Assembly: GCF_964355755.1 (NCBI RefSeq) | Contig: NC_092680.1 | Span: forward strand, 4,464,001 to 4,528,000 | Direction: 5' to 3' | DNA length: 64,000 nucleotides | From: Antedon mediterranea | Lineage: Eukaryota > Animalia > Echinodermata | In this document: piece after piece, positions 61,998-64,000 of the stretch | How positions within the stretch are numbered: the stretch's first letter is position 1 | How the letters are laid out: each line of letters starts with the position of its first letter | Made by a program: the position numbers and the translations under genes | The notes under the pieces: model-generated | Database searches by the model: none | What the model was told of the DNA's origin: nothing | What the model saw: only the letters and a program-made list of their open reading frames with translations

Positions 61998-62089
61998 ATA
62001 TTTGGGTGCATCACACTTTTTTTGTCAAACTAGATACCAAGTCAGAATTTTTACCAAAATCTATGCTCACTTTTCTGCTAAATCTCTAG

Positions 62090-63952
62090 TTTGAAAAGAG
62101 CACAGGAAAAATTAAAGTTTATTCCTAAAATGTTTTCCATTGATGTTTCCAGGACTCCATGACTGTATAGTTCAGGCCTGGAGATGATAATTTAAAGTCA
62201 ATGTTCACATTACAGTAGTGCTCTTTTGTTTCACAGGAGCAACAATCTATAGTTCACTTTTGCTGCTAGTATCAATAATCATGTTTGAAAAGGACACTTC
62301 TGGAAAAAGGAAGTTTATTCAAATGTTTTCCATTGATGTTTCCAGGACACCCTGACTGTATAGTTCAGGCCTGGAGATGATAATTTAAAGTCAATGTTCA
62401 CATTACAGTAGTGCTCTTTTGTTTCACAGGAGCAACAATCTATAGTTCACTTTTGCTGCTAGTATCAATAATCATGTTAGAAAAGGACACTTCTGGAAAA
62501 AGGAAGTTTATTCAAATGTTTTCCATTGATGTTTCCAGGACACCCTGACTGTATAGTTCAGGCCTGGAGATGATAATTTAAAGTCAATGTTCACATTACA
62601 GTAGTGCTCTTTTGTTTCACAGGAGCAACAATCTATAGTTCACTTTTGCTGCTAGTATCAATAATCATGTTTGAAAAGGACACTTCTGGAAAAAGGAAGT
62701 TTATTCAAATGTTTTCCATTGATGTTTCCAGGACACCCTGACTGTATAGTTCAGGCCTGGAGATGATAATTTAAAGTCAATGTTCACATTACAGTAGTGC
62801 TCTTTTGTTTCACAGGAGCAACAATCTATAGTTCACTTTTGCTGCTAGTATCAATAATCATGTTAGAAAAGGACACTTCTGGAAAAAGGAAGTTTATTCA
62901 AATGTTTTCCATTGATGTTTCCAGGACACCCTGACTGTATAGTTCAGGCCTGGAGATGATAATTTAAAGTCAATGTTCACATTACAGTAGTGCTCTTTTG
63001 TTTCACAGGAGCAACAATCTATAGTTCACTTTTGCTGCTAGTATCAATAATCATGTTTGAAAAGGACACTTCTGGAAAAAGGAAGTTTATTCAAATGTTT
63101 TCCATTGATGTTTCCAGGACACCCTGACTGTATAGTTCAGGCCTGGAGATGATAATTTAAAGTCAATGTTCACATTACAGTAGTGCTCTTTTGTTTCACA
63201 GGAGCAACAATCTATAGTTCACTTTTGCTGCTAGTATCAATAATCATGTTAGAAAAGGACACTTCTGGAAAAAGGAAGTTTATTCAAATGTTTTCCATTG
63301 ATGTTTCCAGGACATCCTGACTGTATAGTTCAGGCCTGGAGATGATAATTTAAAGTCAATGTTCACATTACAGTAGTGCTCTTTTGTTTCACAGGAGCAA
63401 CAATCTATAGTTCACTTTTGCTGCTAGTATCAATAATCATGTTAGAAAAGGACACTTCTGGAAAAAGGAAGTTTATTCAAATGTTTTCCATTGATGTTTC
63501 CAGGACATCCTGACTGTATAGTTCAGGCCTGGAGATGATAATTTAAAGTCAATGTTCACATTACAGTAGTGCTCTTTTTTTTCACAGGAGCAACAATCTA
63601 TAGTTCACTTTTGCTGCTAGTATCAATAATCATGTTAGAAAAGGACACTTCTGGAAAAAGGAAGTTTATTCAAATGTTTTCCATTGATGTTTCCAGGACA
63701 CCCTGACTGTATAGTTCAGGCCTGGAGATGATAATTTAAAGTCAATGTTCACATTACAGTTAGTGTTCATTTGTTGCACTCAAATGGAGCAACAATCTGT
63801 AGATCTATAGATCACTTTTGCTGCTAGTATCATGTTTGAAAATGACACTTCAGGAAAAAGGAGGTTCATTCAAACCTTTGCCATTGATGTTTCCAAGACA
63901 TTATAGTTATCACCAGGCCTGGAGACGACCGTAATTTAAAGTCAACATTCAC
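62090..63952. repeat. 193-bp tandem satellite, about 9.5 copies, highly homogeneous
   Basis: TGTTTTCCATTGATG at 62131, 62324, 62517, 62710, 62903, 63096, 63289, 63482 and 63675; the last copy is degenerate. Confidence 0.97.
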
Positions 63953-64000
63953 AAAGACAAGACACAGAAAAAGATCATTATGTTTTAGGTCTAATGATCA

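Larger units (their letters stand above)
61449..62033. mobile_element. MITE family A, copy 7, split by two nested insertions
   Basis: Family-A sequence at 61449-61521, 61702-61714 and 61996-62033 reconstitutes the consensus. Confidence 0.75.

Noticed and set aside
62131-63870. Retrozyme (hammerhead-containing satellite)
   Set aside because: The unit size fits, but there is no CTGANGA core on either strand.

Overview
AT-rich, intron-containing animal genomic DNA. The repeat content (Deu-domain SINE, L2 and RTE LINEs, Harbinger-type MITEs, Helentron-type elements) suggests an invertebrate, possibly an echinoderm; this is inference only. Spliced models were built by hand from GT-AG sites and exon phases. 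(A) A signal-peptide first exon on the minus strand (1348-1417). (B) A 7-exon plus-strand gene (4664-23691, 583 aa): signal peptide, MAM domain, Pro-rich stalk, transmembrane (TM) helix and a non-catalytic Tyr-motif-rich tail. (C) A Thr/Ser-rich mucin-like type I membrane protein (about 26020/28158-31390). (D) A 6-coding-exon SLC16/monocarboxylate-transporter-family gene (35016-44754, 443 aa). (E) The 5' end of a large unidentified plus-strand gene with candidate alternative first coding exons (48000-48042; 58946-59000). The rest is introns and intergenic DNA with many MITEs, a non-autonomous Helitron, HINE-like elements, SINEs, LINE fragments, minisatellites, a 193-bp satellite, a perfect 46-bp palindrome and a decayed hammerhead-like motif. 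Most ORF-track entries are spurious. No CRISPR, rRNA or genuine tRNA genes were seen.
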